Source of the DNA: a virus | Lineage: Duplodnaviria > Caudoviricetes | DNA: 30,220 nucleotides | Virus record (IMG/VR): IMGVR_UViG_3300017988_000514 | Span: 1 to 30,220 of that record | Direction: 5' to 3' (one strand) | Part shown: in pieces, positions 6,677 to 15,420 of the stretch | Numbering within the stretch: position 1 is the stretch's first letter | How the letters are laid out: each line of letters starts with the position of its first letter | Notes under the pieces: generated by a model | Told to the model about the DNA's origin: nothing | Databases searched by the model: none | The model's input: only the letters and a program-made list of their open reading frames with translations | Program-made: the position numbers and the translations under genes

Positions 6677-6909
6677 CCTGTGGTTATAGTGGATTTGTCG
6701 TATGAATCCAACATGCCGTTGAACGCGACTGGAATGAGCACCCTGTGGTTATAGTGGATTTGTCGTATGAATCCAACTCAATCACGTTGAGCACGATCGC
6801 TGGCCCGCCTGTGGTTATAGTGGATTTGTCGTATGAATCCAACACATCCCCATTGATGGCATCGGGCATACCTCCTGTGGTTATAGTGGATTTGTCGTAT
6901 GAATCCAAT
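6677..6909 (+). CRISPR. CRISPR mini-array with 4 repeats and 3 spacers; no cas genes in the window
   Basis: 36-nt repeat CCTGTGGTTATAGTGGATTTGTCGTATGAATCCAAC at 6677-6712, 6742-6777, 6808-6843 and 6874-6909 (last base C>T in copy 4). Unique spacers at 6713-6741 (29 nt), 6778-6807 (30 nt) and 6844-6873 (30 nt). Orientation is inferred from the upstream promoter, the AT-rich leader and the variant last repeat. Confidence 0.92.
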
Positions 6910-6960
6910 ATTGGTGGTATCCAAGTTGAGGATTTGTTTATCGGAATAAAAGACCTTCGT

Positions 6961-6995
6961 ACAAGACGAGATCGAACGCGACGAGACACGACAAG
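6961..6995. repeat. Degenerate pentanucleotide tandem repeat (7 units)
   Basis: ACAAG ACGAG ATCGA ACGCG ACGAG ACACG ACAAG. Confidence 0.65.
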
Positions 6996-7046
6996 ATTTG
7001 GTACCTTATCAATTACCATTATTACAACTGACCTACAAGTTAATTT

Positions 7047-9761
7047 TTACTCATACTCATAGGACTGAAGAATGTCACTTCCCCCAATTTCCCATACAAG
7101 GTCCTGACGGGGCGCAAGCAATCCCATTGGATGGTTGATATCCCAGTTCGCCACTTCCCCTGTTACGGTGTTGGTTGTATCAATAACCTGAATCCAACTA
7201 TCCGAATTTGTCAGATAGTTGGAACCAATAAATCGCCACACGATGGAACCATCATAGGTTGGAACAGTTGAAGATTGACTAAATCCAATTCGAGCCGTTG
7301 CAACACTTTCCAACTGGGTTTCCGAGTTATAGTTACTGTGAACAATGGACATGGTGATACTCGTTGAAGTAAACGAGGTGACTAACAAAGTGAGTCCATT
7401 TAAGAAGGTAGCGTATGTGAAACCCAACAAAGCAATTAGGCTGGTGTTAGCCACAAGACCCATACCTGTAGTGCTATTTACGGCCAAAGTAAGTTGGTTG
7501 TTGAGAATTTGAACTGCCCCATAACTAGTCCCCACCGTAGCAATGGGAGAGGTGATTCCCGGAGTGGGTGGAGATTGGGGAGGAGACTGAGGAGATGATC
7601 CCGACGAGGCAATCTGAAGACTACCATAGTTGTCGATCATAAATTGTCCTGTGTAAAATGGCGTGCTGGGAGCCCACTGCCGGGTACCAAAAACGTACAA
7701 CCCATTAGCTGCTTGATAATACGCTTGATAGATAGAAGGTGAGGGTAGTGGTGTCCAATACATTTGATCTGTATCCGCAAGGGGGTCTTGATTGGTGTTT
7801 TCTTGAAGGGCTCGGTATAACTGCCAACCACCCGGAGTCCACATCCCTGCATTAAAGTTACCATCCTCACCCCAAAATCGGCCACGTACAAGGGTACCGA
7901 GAGGATATGCTGTAGAAGCACTCCACACCTGTGGAGAAACAGTTAGCTGCTGCCAAACAGAGGGAAGAATCGGGCTAAGCATTCGGCGACCGTAAGAAGA
8001 TAAAGTAGTGGTGGGGTTGTTTACATCAAAAATAGGAGCCTGATACAACATCGGATTGAAGGGTGGTTCCTCCACCTGTTGAACAATGATTTGCAAAATG
8101 TCATCAATACCACCTGCACTTATCGTTCCATCTGCCGTGGCATTTGGAATAGCCTGTGAAACAATAATAGCAGTGTTCCCCCCAATAAGTGTGGCTGAAA
8201 CTACGGTATAGATTCCATCATTACCTGTGCTACCTGAAACTGTAGCCACTCCTGTGGCTGGTAGATATGAGATTTGATCCCCTGCAACTGTAAACGTCTT
8301 GGTACCTTGATTGACTGCTATGATTGCAAAAAGGGTACAGTTTGTATTCTGGTAGTACCCCTGATAATACCCTTGTTGTGAGGTGGGCAATGCAGCGTAG
8401 GCCGCGATGGTAATCTGCTGTGTACCAATATTGATCCACACCAAAGAGGTTGGGGGACTTAAAGGGGGACTGGACAGACCATCCATTGTTGTACCTTGAA
8501 GAATGGGGTTCCATGTTGGGAGAATAGTGCCTGTTATCCCACTTGTAAGAGCCAGTTGAATATTTCCATTTGAGTCTTGGATTATTGTACCGGCTAAAAT
8601 CTCTGTGAGTGGAATCCACCCAACTATAGGCGGTTGAGTAAGAACATAAGCAACAAGAGAGTAGTAACCCATTTGCTGCTTTGTTAAAGTGTTTAACTGA
8701 AACTGTGTCAGATAACGGGGGCTCAAAAAACAGTCCACATTTTCGTTAGAACCAAATACAGCGGTAAATTCCAAACCCACATGGGCTGGCTTTGCTAAAT
8801 CAATAGCACCATAAAGGGTGTTGGTGATTTGTTGCAACTCAGTCAAGCTCTCCACATCTGTGAAGGGGTCTGAACCTCCCACATTAACACTCACTAACAC
8901 CGTGTTACGGTCGCTTTGATCATAGAACCCACCGGGTACAATTTGTTTGTATAGCTCCTCTACAACAATGTTCTTGCCTGTGTAAGCATAGATGACATCT
9001 TGAATAGATTGAGGAGTTGCCCCTTCTTGATACGCCCCTAGAAGGTCTACCAGCATGTCACGGTACCCCACAGGATAGGTCAATGGGGCGGGAGCAGGAC
9101 CAGAATTCGTCCATACCACTGACCCATCAGTAGTTGTTTCTCCAAGAGAAAGAGCCCATGATGGTTCTTGTAATCCTGTTTGGCCGGGGGTGGTAGCTAC
9201 TTGAAGGTTTCCATTACTATCAAGAACAACCGCACGGAGGAAAGCTCCGGTGTTTGCTTTCCAACCACCAAAAGAAGATGCTCCAAAGTCCCCCATGTCA
9301 AACTGGGAAGACTGTTGAAAAATCCCGGTGATGTACAAAGGGGCTGCGTACTGCCGTTTGACATCAGCCGGGGTCAGGTAGGTTGGGTTCTTTGCAACAA
9401 TGTCGTATGAGTACATATACTCGATACGAGCCAACTCCATGGAAATCGCACGAAGGAAGGCACCCCAGATGCTCTGGTCATTTCGCGTGGTGTAGTAGTT
9501 TGCCAACGCGTTGATGAGCGATTGAAACCGGGCGTCTTCATATAACAAGAGGTCTTCCCGACTGCGTAAATAGAATTGATCCTCCTGTGTAATGACAGGC
9601 ATCTGTACCCAGACCAAGGCATTCTGGTCAGGCTCCTGATTCAGTGAGCCCAAGGTATCTACGCAGATGTAGGTAAACCTACCATATTGCACTGAATCGA
9701 GATAGCTGTAGGTTACGGTAGCTGACCATACTCCTCGTGGATTATAAAGAGGCGATGCCAT
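7047..9761 (-). CDS. Baseplate wedge protein, gpI/gp7-like, carrying Trp-rich carbohydrate-binding-like modules (904 aa)
   Basis: Lies directly downstream of the J-like gene. IDLAKPAHVGLEF contains the KPAH motif typical of gpI-like proteins. Several W...DSNG..Q....G..G...P.W.......T.DG..VW repeats. Confidence 0.7.
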   Translation of the reverse strand: MASPLYNPRGVWSATVTYSYLDSVQYGRFTYICVDTLGSLNQEPDQNALVWVQMPVITQEDQFYLRSREDLLLYEDARFQSLINALANYYTTRNDQSIWGAFLRAISMELARIEYMYSYDIVAKNPTYLTPADVKRQYAAPLYITGIFQQSSQFDMGDFGASSFGGWKANTGAFLRAVVLDSNGNLQVATTPGQTGLQEPSWALSLGETTTDGSVVWTNSGPAPAPLTYPVGYRDMLVDLLGAYQEGATPQSIQDVIYAYTGKNIVVEELYKQIVPGGFYDQSDRNTVLVSVNVGGSDPFTDVESLTELQQITNTLYGAIDLAKPAHVGLEFTAVFGSNENVDCFLSPRYLTQFQLNTLTKQQMGYYSLVAYVLTQPPIVGWIPLTEILAGTIIQDSNGNIQLALTSGITGTILPTWNPILQGTTMDGLSSPPLSPPTSLVWINIGTQQITIAAYAALPTSQQGYYQGYYQNTNCTLFAIIAVNQGTKTFTVAGDQISYLPATGVATVSGSTGNDGIYTVVSATLIGGNTAIIVSQAIPNATADGTISAGGIDDILQIIVQQVEEPPFNPMLYQAPIFDVNNPTTTLSSYGRRMLSPILPSVWQQLTVSPQVWSASTAYPLGTLVRGRFWGEDGNFNAGMWTPGGWQLYRALQENTNQDPLADTDQMYWTPLPSPSIYQAYYQAANGLYVFGTRQWAPSTPFYTGQFMIDNYGSLQIASSGSSPQSPPQSPPTPGITSPIATVGTSYGAVQILNNQLTLAVNSTTGMGLVANTSLIALLGFTYATFLNGLTLLVTSFTSTSITMSIVHSNYNSETQLESVATARIGFSQSSTVPTYDGSIVWRFIGSNYLTNSDSWIQVIDTTNTVTGEVANWDINHPMGLLAPRQDLVWEIGGSDILQSYEYE

Positions 9762-9768
9762 ATTGTCC

Positions 9769-12700
9769 TTATGTAGTAGTCAAAAAGTTTATGGTAATCC
9801 TGCCGGGGACGATATACTCGGTGCTCGACATAGTAACGTCACTCGCCGTTCCTTCTCCCCATACTTGGTAGGTCACAAAGTAAGAACGAAGGGATGGGCT
9901 GCTGGTATCAGCCGGAATGGTAACGATGACCTTCTGTGCATAGGCTGAACTAAGTGGGGTAGTTGCATTGATCTGATCCCCTGTACCGATAATGTAGAAT
10001 GATCCTGATGAAGCTGAAGTAGGTGGGGTAGCCGCATTAGCAAGAAAACCCTGAATAGAGTTTGTACGGGTGTATGACTGACCTTGATACAAGAAGCTTA
10101 CAAAAGCGTTTGCCTGACCACCGGAAGGTATCGTGCTATCAGGAAGAACTGGACTAGCGGTGATGAAACTATTGGCTGGGGTAGCCAATCCAGCAAAAGC
10201 TGGGTCAGAAGACAGTGGAATCCAGATTGTAGAAGTTGGAATGACTACACCAATGTCATAAGAACCATCACTCTTAGCACATTTTGTGAGAGGCACGTTA
10301 ACTGTTTTCACTCCAGTAATACCTTTAACTTGAGCAATGATTTCCGATTGATCCAAAGTAGGAGAGGCATTATCCATTACGAGGTCGATGGTAGTACGGA
10401 TAATTGGGTCAAGTGTATCTGCTGAAGCATCGGCCTCCAGTACTACTGTCATGGTGACATCCACAGGATTGGCAATCATCGCCTTCACAAGAACGTCAGC
10501 AGCCGCGTGTTTTGTAGTAGCAAGTTGGTTGGCAAGAGCCTCCACAAACGCTGGATACTCAGTGGCAAAGGTAAACGCCTCTGTGATGAAATAGGAAATA
10601 GTTACCGATCCCCCATCTGGAATACGAGTTGCACCAATGTTGATTCGAGCAATTGCTGCTGTACCCGAGACTGTATCCACGGTAAGGATATAGTCGAAGT
10701 TCTCCAACATCACCGTTCCGTTATAGGCCACTTTGATATAGCGACTGTCATGCGGTACTAAGGCCCCAATAAGTCCCGTTGAAGTGGATACATTGATGGT
10801 TCCATCTGAGTTATATGATGCTCCATCCAATGTAAGTGTAGTGTTACCATAACTCTCTGGGAGCCACACATTATGTACAAACCCTTGATTATTCAAAATT
10901 GAAGCTGAGGTGCCAACTAATGTTTGGGACTCATTTGCAATGTAAGTCAACTGTTCATTGACAGTAAATTTATTGTAGGTAACCAAAATTGGTTGGTAGT
11001 TCTGAATGCTATTGCCGGTAACAATCCCTGTTGTGGAAATTACCCCTGTGCTTAGAGAAGATGTAAATGTAGCAGTGAACGAGGTGCCATTTGAGGAAGA
11101 TACCGTAACTGTCTGCCCATTCAAAATAGGAGCCAGTTGTGCTGAAGAAAGATTCAATAAGGTAACAGGAGCACCCATTCCAAATTTGTTGTTACAAGTT
11201 ACAGTGACCGTATTGTTTGTAATTTGAACAGCCGTGATTGCATAGCTAACACTCAACGGTTGTACACCATAGGTGTGATAAGAGCCAGTCGCTACAATAG
11301 TGTAGTCTGTTCCATAGCCATAAAGAGTGGACTGATCAATAGAACGAACTGAGACTACATTGCCGGGGGTGTTACCTGAATTCAATGGAACATCCATAGC
11401 CGAGTCGATTGTAACTGGTGTGCCTAAAATAGCAGTGATGGTCTTTGTCAGAGGAGCACTTGCAGTGGTCGATACCTCTACAACATCCCCTGCCTGATTA
11501 GAACCACCATTCAACAAAAAATCGGATGTATGAACAAGATTGATAAGAGAGGTGGAAACAGTTCCGGTCTGGGTGGATTGGCCTATCACTGAATTAACCG
11601 ACACAACCGGCTGAAGGGCTGGGGTGTCTGACAGGGGGGACTGATATCGAGCTAGCAATCGAAATGTAGTGTTTCCCGACTGAGAAGCCAGATTAGCAAG
11701 TATTGCCTTATTTGTAGCTGGAATTCCATTGAGTAATAAGGGCACAGCAACCTGTGAGATATTATCTCCCAAAATTTGATATGCCAAATCATTGGGGTTC
11801 AAAACAATATACCCATTTACGTTATCAAACTGAGCAAGCTCTAAGCCTAGATAAAAGCTACCTGTAAGACGTGTTACAAGAAGCTGCACTCCCTGATAAA
11901 GGGGATAAGGTAAAGTAGAGAAGTTAGGAATTTGAAAACGAAGATTATTTCGATCCAAGGTTCCAAGGGTGATGTAGGTTGTTGGAATAGCATAGGTGCC
12001 TGAATTTTCATATTGAAATGCTACAACCTCATCCTGTTCTGAAAAACTAATACCCCGAGTATAAATATCCACGCAACCAAACACATGCTTCTGACGAATT
12101 GGGTCCCAATCACGAAGCATTTCAATATCACCTGCCGCAACCACTGTGGCTGAACTAATGCCGGGAGTTGCAAGAGCGGTTGTGAGGTACCCGTTACGAG
12201 TCCCAGAATCTACTCCTGTGATAAGACGAGCTTCGATACGGGCAGCGTATTTTGAATTCAACTCATCGTCTTGACCAAATGCTGCTGAAGCGAGGTTTGT
12301 GCAGTACCAACCCGCAGGGGCTCCAGAACCAACAGAGTTAATAGTTCCTGCACCTACGTTTGTATTGCTACCAGCCGATTGACAAGACGCTGGTACGGTA
12401 ACCGCCCAATAACCACTTACTGGATTGTAGTAAGTATTGATGGAGTTTGAAGCAATACTCGCAGAGCCAGTAGTTACAAAACTCAAAGCTGGAGTTTGAG
12501 CATCAGGAACCGTCTGAAGTACAAGACCTATTGGAAAACTGACGCTACTCGTCGGCATGACATATGTATAGAAAGTTACCTCCACAACTGAACTAGTAGC
12601 TCCGATACGAGGTATGCCAGCGCGTTCGCCTAAAACATCAAACTGTTGATCAATGAAGGTCTGAGTATCATTGGCATTTAACCCGTAAGCACGCGAAATT

Positions 12701-13941
12701 TGTTGTTTGATAGGAGATGAATTGAAAGGATCACTAAATCCATTTCCACTGACATTATCCACCTGAGATAAGGCTGATACCGATTGGCTCACACGGGAGA
12801 ACCATTCTCGAACGCTCATATTCGCGAGTTCGATTGCCACTGGGTCAATCATGAGATCACGAAGTTCTGAACGTGGTGAAAGGTCAAGGTTTGGGTAGTT
12901 CCGGGTGACCTGTTGAATCATGCGGCTGGCGATGTCTTCCTTACGCTGAAGAGCAAGAAAATCTGTAGGAGAGATTAGTTTGAGATTGATAAAGCCACAT
13001 GTGATAGGGCCATTCTGTTGTGACTCAAAAACTATTTGGGTGTTTGGGTCTTGAACCACCGTGGATAGCATGGCGTAAAACACATCTGCCCCATTTACAT
13101 CCGTTTGAGGGATGTCGATATAGTTAAAGTTGTTCTGCTGAATCACATCCACAGTAGTGGTTGTTTGGGTGCCCCCGGCTCCATCATAAGCAACCGTATC
13201 TGTAGAGCTAAGAACTGAAACTCCAGTACGACTCAGTTGAGAGGGGGAGACAATATCTCCATACTGGACAAAAACAGGACTTAGACCAGCAGGATCGGTG
13301 GACAACATGATGCGGGTGCCCACTACTCCAGCATATGTTGGTTGAGCCCATTCGAGGCGACAGACGTTCTGTGCTTTGTAGGAACGCACCCCCGAAGGAG
13401 GACCGATAAGGGCAGCATTGCCACTTACAAAGGGGATAACCTCAAAGGTCAAGGTAGGGGTAATAGCAATATATCCAAAATTTGTCCATACAACCCCATT
13501 GTCAATAGTGAGGCTTCCTAGAGTAGTGACGAAACTTGGTGGATTGTTACCTGACACTCCTGCTGTAGTTACAACTTGAACATATCCATTGGAATCTACA
13601 ATACGGGTGCCCAGCACATAGTTTGTATTCCGTGTCCATGGAGCAGCCGTTGGGTCATAGTTACGACCCAGAATTTGAATGTTAACATCCCCTAACGTGG
13701 GGTCAATCGTGATAGTGCCTGAAAAATTGTGCTGCCCACTATTGATAAGCCCATACGTTCTATTGTAAGTAGTTTGGTTATAAACCAACACTTCAATTTG
13801 ACTAGTATTCGTATCTGCTAAGAGGGCATAGGGTAAGGCTGTTGTATCAATAGACAGGGAAACCGATTGCCCTTGCTGGGGAGTAGGCAATATGGGAGTT
13901 ACAAGCGTAAGTGCGGTTAATGTGTTATTCGGTGTGGGCAT
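9769..13941 (-). CDS. Baseplate J-like wedge protein (1390 aa)
   Basis: DLSPRSELRDLMIDPVA, VTVPASCQSAGSNTNVGAGTI, GQDDELNSKYAARI and GCVDIY segments typical of baseplate J/gp6 proteins; C-terminal EYIVPGRITI. Confidence 0.85.
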   Translation of the reverse strand: MPTPNNTLTALTLVTPILPTPQQGQSVSLSIDTTALPYALLADTNTSQIEVLVYNQTTYNRTYGLINSGQHNFSGTITIDPTLGDVNIQILGRNYDPTAAPWTRNTNYVLGTRIVDSNGYVQVVTTAGVSGNNPPSFVTTLGSLTIDNGVVWTNFGYIAITPTLTFEVIPFVSGNAALIGPPSGVRSYKAQNVCRLEWAQPTYAGVVGTRIMLSTDPAGLSPVFVQYGDIVSPSQLSRTGVSVLSSTDTVAYDGAGGTQTTTTVDVIQQNNFNYIDIPQTDVNGADVFYAMLSTVVQDPNTQIVFESQQNGPITCGFINLKLISPTDFLALQRKEDIASRMIQQVTRNYPNLDLSPRSELRDLMIDPVAIELANMSVREWFSRVSQSVSALSQVDNVSGNGFSDPFNSSPIKQQISRAYGLNANDTQTFIDQQFDVLGERAGIPRIGATSSVVEVTFYTYVMPTSSVSFPIGLVLQTVPDAQTPALSFVTTGSASIASNSINTYYNPVSGYWAVTVPASCQSAGSNTNVGAGTINSVGSGAPAGWYCTNLASAAFGQDDELNSKYAARIEARLITGVDSGTRNGYLTTALATPGISSATVVAAGDIEMLRDWDPIRQKHVFGCVDIYTRGISFSEQDEVVAFQYENSGTYAIPTTYITLGTLDRNNLRFQIPNFSTLPYPLYQGVQLLVTRLTGSFYLGLELAQFDNVNGYIVLNPNDLAYQILGDNISQVAVPLLLNGIPATNKAILANLASQSGNTTFRLLARYQSPLSDTPALQPVVSVNSVIGQSTQTGTVSTSLINLVHTSDFLLNGGSNQAGDVVEVSTTASAPLTKTITAILGTPVTIDSAMDVPLNSGNTPGNVVSVRSIDQSTLYGYGTDYTIVATGSYHTYGVQPLSVSYAITAVQITNNTVTVTCNNKFGMGAPVTLLNLSSAQLAPILNGQTVTVSSSNGTSFTATFTSSLSTGVISTTGIVTGNSIQNYQPILVTYNKFTVNEQLTYIANESQTLVGTSASILNNQGFVHNVWLPESYGNTTLTLDGASYNSDGTINVSTSTGLIGALVPHDSRYIKVAYNGTVMLENFDYILTVDTVSGTAAIARINIGATRIPDGGSVTISYFITEAFTFATEYPAFVEALANQLATTKHAAADVLVKAMIANPVDVTMTVVLEADASADTLDPIIRTTIDLVMDNASPTLDQSEIIAQVKGITGVKTVNVPLTKCAKSDGSYDIGVVIPTSTIWIPLSSDPAFAGLATPANSFITASPVLPDSTIPSGGQANAFVSFLYQGQSYTRTNSIQGFLANAATPPTSASSGSFYIIGTGDQINATTPLSSAYAQKVIVTIPADTSSPSLRSYFVTYQVWGEGTASDVTMSSTEYIVPGRITINFLTTT

Positions 13942-14711
13942 TAGTTACCTACCAGTTGTGATGCCGTTGTTAGAGAAAAGCTAAAGGGTACTCCATTCGG
14001 ACTCCCATAAGAAGTCAATACTCCACTTACAGCGATAGAATTTGGATCAACCTGAACTGTCTGCAAATTGTTTACATCCTTAAGCATCTCTTGAGGATCG
14101 AGGGATTGAACCGTCCGTTGAGCCGCCTGTATTTTCTTCAAACTTTGCAACGAATTGATAACCTCATTGGAAACATCAGCGTCTGTTACCGAGACACCAA
14201 ATTTTCTACCGATGAAAGTCTTAAGCTTGGAAGTAAACTGCGGGTAGAAGGAGCACTTAGAGGTGAGAATCATCTTCAACACCTTTTGTATTAGCTTGTT
14301 TGTTCCTATTACATGCAACACAGAACCGTTGCTAACGCCCTTAAAGTCATTTAACTGCCCTGTTGTGCTGCATTTTAAGCAATAGTTTTTGAGAGTTAAG
14401 TAGGAAACCTCAATAAGTGGAATGTAAGACCGCACAGGTTTATTGAACACAATTTTGTAGAATTGATCAGAGGTTTGAATTCTATTCGTGTCGGGGGATA
14501 TCGTATACCCGTAAATTGGGTCGTCAATTTGAACAAGTTGGCCGCGAACATACAACCGCACCAACGAAGCTCCATTGATCGGGGCCCGCATATTTAAAAC
14601 CACATTACTAGCTAGATGTAGAGTTCTAAAGTCTCCTACATCAACCACGTAACGCTCAAAACTTTGCGCGTGGTCGCAACTAGATAATTTTGTAGACAGA
14701 TCGTAACTCAT
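13941..14711 (-). CDS. Baseplate wedge subunit, gp25/gpW-like, with an N-terminal extension (256 aa)
   Basis: C-terminal KLIQKVLKMILT...FYPQFTSKLKTFIG resembles gp25-like proteins; CLKC motif; TAATG stop/start coupling to the J-like gene. Confidence 0.65.
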   Translation of the reverse strand: MSYDLSTKLSSCDHAQSFERYVVDVGDFRTLHLASNVVLNMRAPINGASLVRLYVRGQLVQIDDPIYGYTISPDTNRIQTSDQFYKIVFNKPVRSYIPLIEVSYLTLKNYCLKCSTTGQLNDFKGVSNGSVLHVIGTNKLIQKVLKMILTSKCSFYPQFTSKLKTFIGRKFGVSVTDADVSNEVINSLQSLKKIQAAQRTVQSLDPQEMLKDVNNLQTVQVDPNSIAVSGVLTSYGSPNGVPFSFSLTTASQLVGN

Positions 14712-15418
14712 TAGGACTCAACTGCTCCCTGTTCTTTAATGGCGATGGGAGTACTCTCATCGCTGTGATTCATCAGATATAGTTCCCACGGGGTAGGAGG
14801 ATCAGCCTGATGGACGCGGTAGTACGGCTGACCTTTGTAGAAGTTGGCTGTATTTACATCGTCTACTAGAACAGATACGTACTCCGGTTTTGAAAAAAGA
14901 CCGTTGATTTTATCTAACAGCGATTGAAGAGTTTGAGGATTATCTGGGACTGAGCCAGTGTTACTCTGCTGGTTTGGAGCTTGAATAAAGTCATGGCTAT
15001 ATTGAGCCGCATCTTCATTCTTTTCAATCAAACAGCGTACCTGATTCATGTAAAACACCCCTTCTTCATCCCGTTGAAGCATCTCTTTGAATCGTGCCTT
15101 GATTCGACTCATCATTACCATGGGCACATGGTCATCATTATTGGGATAAGCAAAGTGCCCATCTGGCCCCGGCTTCCATATCTCTTTAGAAAAAGAAGGG
15201 GAAAGCGGTTGATCGTTACTTGTTGAATAGTATTGTTCTAGTATCCCCGCTGTCTTCCTAAGTTGCTGGGCTCGAATCTGGTAGAACAAGGAGATGTCAG
15301 TGAAATTATCTTTCCGAGCAGCCACCCACGATTGAAAAGCAGCCCATTGAGAAGCGGTGAACCGTCCCAAAAAATTAAAGGGTGGATGTGCATACGCATA
15401 TTTGAAAACACCTGCCAT
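14711..15418 (-). CDS. Hypothetical protein in the baseplate cluster (235 aa)
   Basis: ORF translationally coupled (TAATG) to the next gene; no family recognised. Confidence 0.75.
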   Translation of the reverse strand: MAGVFKYAYAHPPFNFLGRFTASQWAAFQSWVAARKDNFTDISLFYQIRAQQLRKTAGILEQYYSTSNDQPLSPSFSKEIWKPGPDGHFAYPNNDDHVPMVMMSRIKARFKEMLQRDEEGVFYMNQVRCLIEKNEDAAQYSHDFIQAPNQQSNTGSVPDNPQTLQSLLDKINGLFSKPEYVSVLVDDVNTANFYKGQPYYRVHQADPPTPWELYLMNHSDESTPIAIKEQGAVES

Positions 15419-15420
15419 AT

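Noticed and set aside
6713-6873. Self-targeting of spacers within this window
   Set aside because: By eye only matches of about 9 nt were seen (for example atgccgttg near 13961), which is chance level. This was not an exhaustive search.
6910-7046. tracrRNA downstream of the array
   Set aside because: The longest complementarity to the repeat noticed is 7 nt (ACGACAA), which is insufficient.
6508-7062. ORFs reading through the array (6508-6741 -, 6684-7019 -, 6745-7062 +) with repeated LDSYDKSTITTG or VVIVDLSYESN peptides
   Set aside because: Artefacts of 66-nt units. The repeats are essentially identical at DNA level (one terminal base differs), and the 65-nt first unit breaks the frame.
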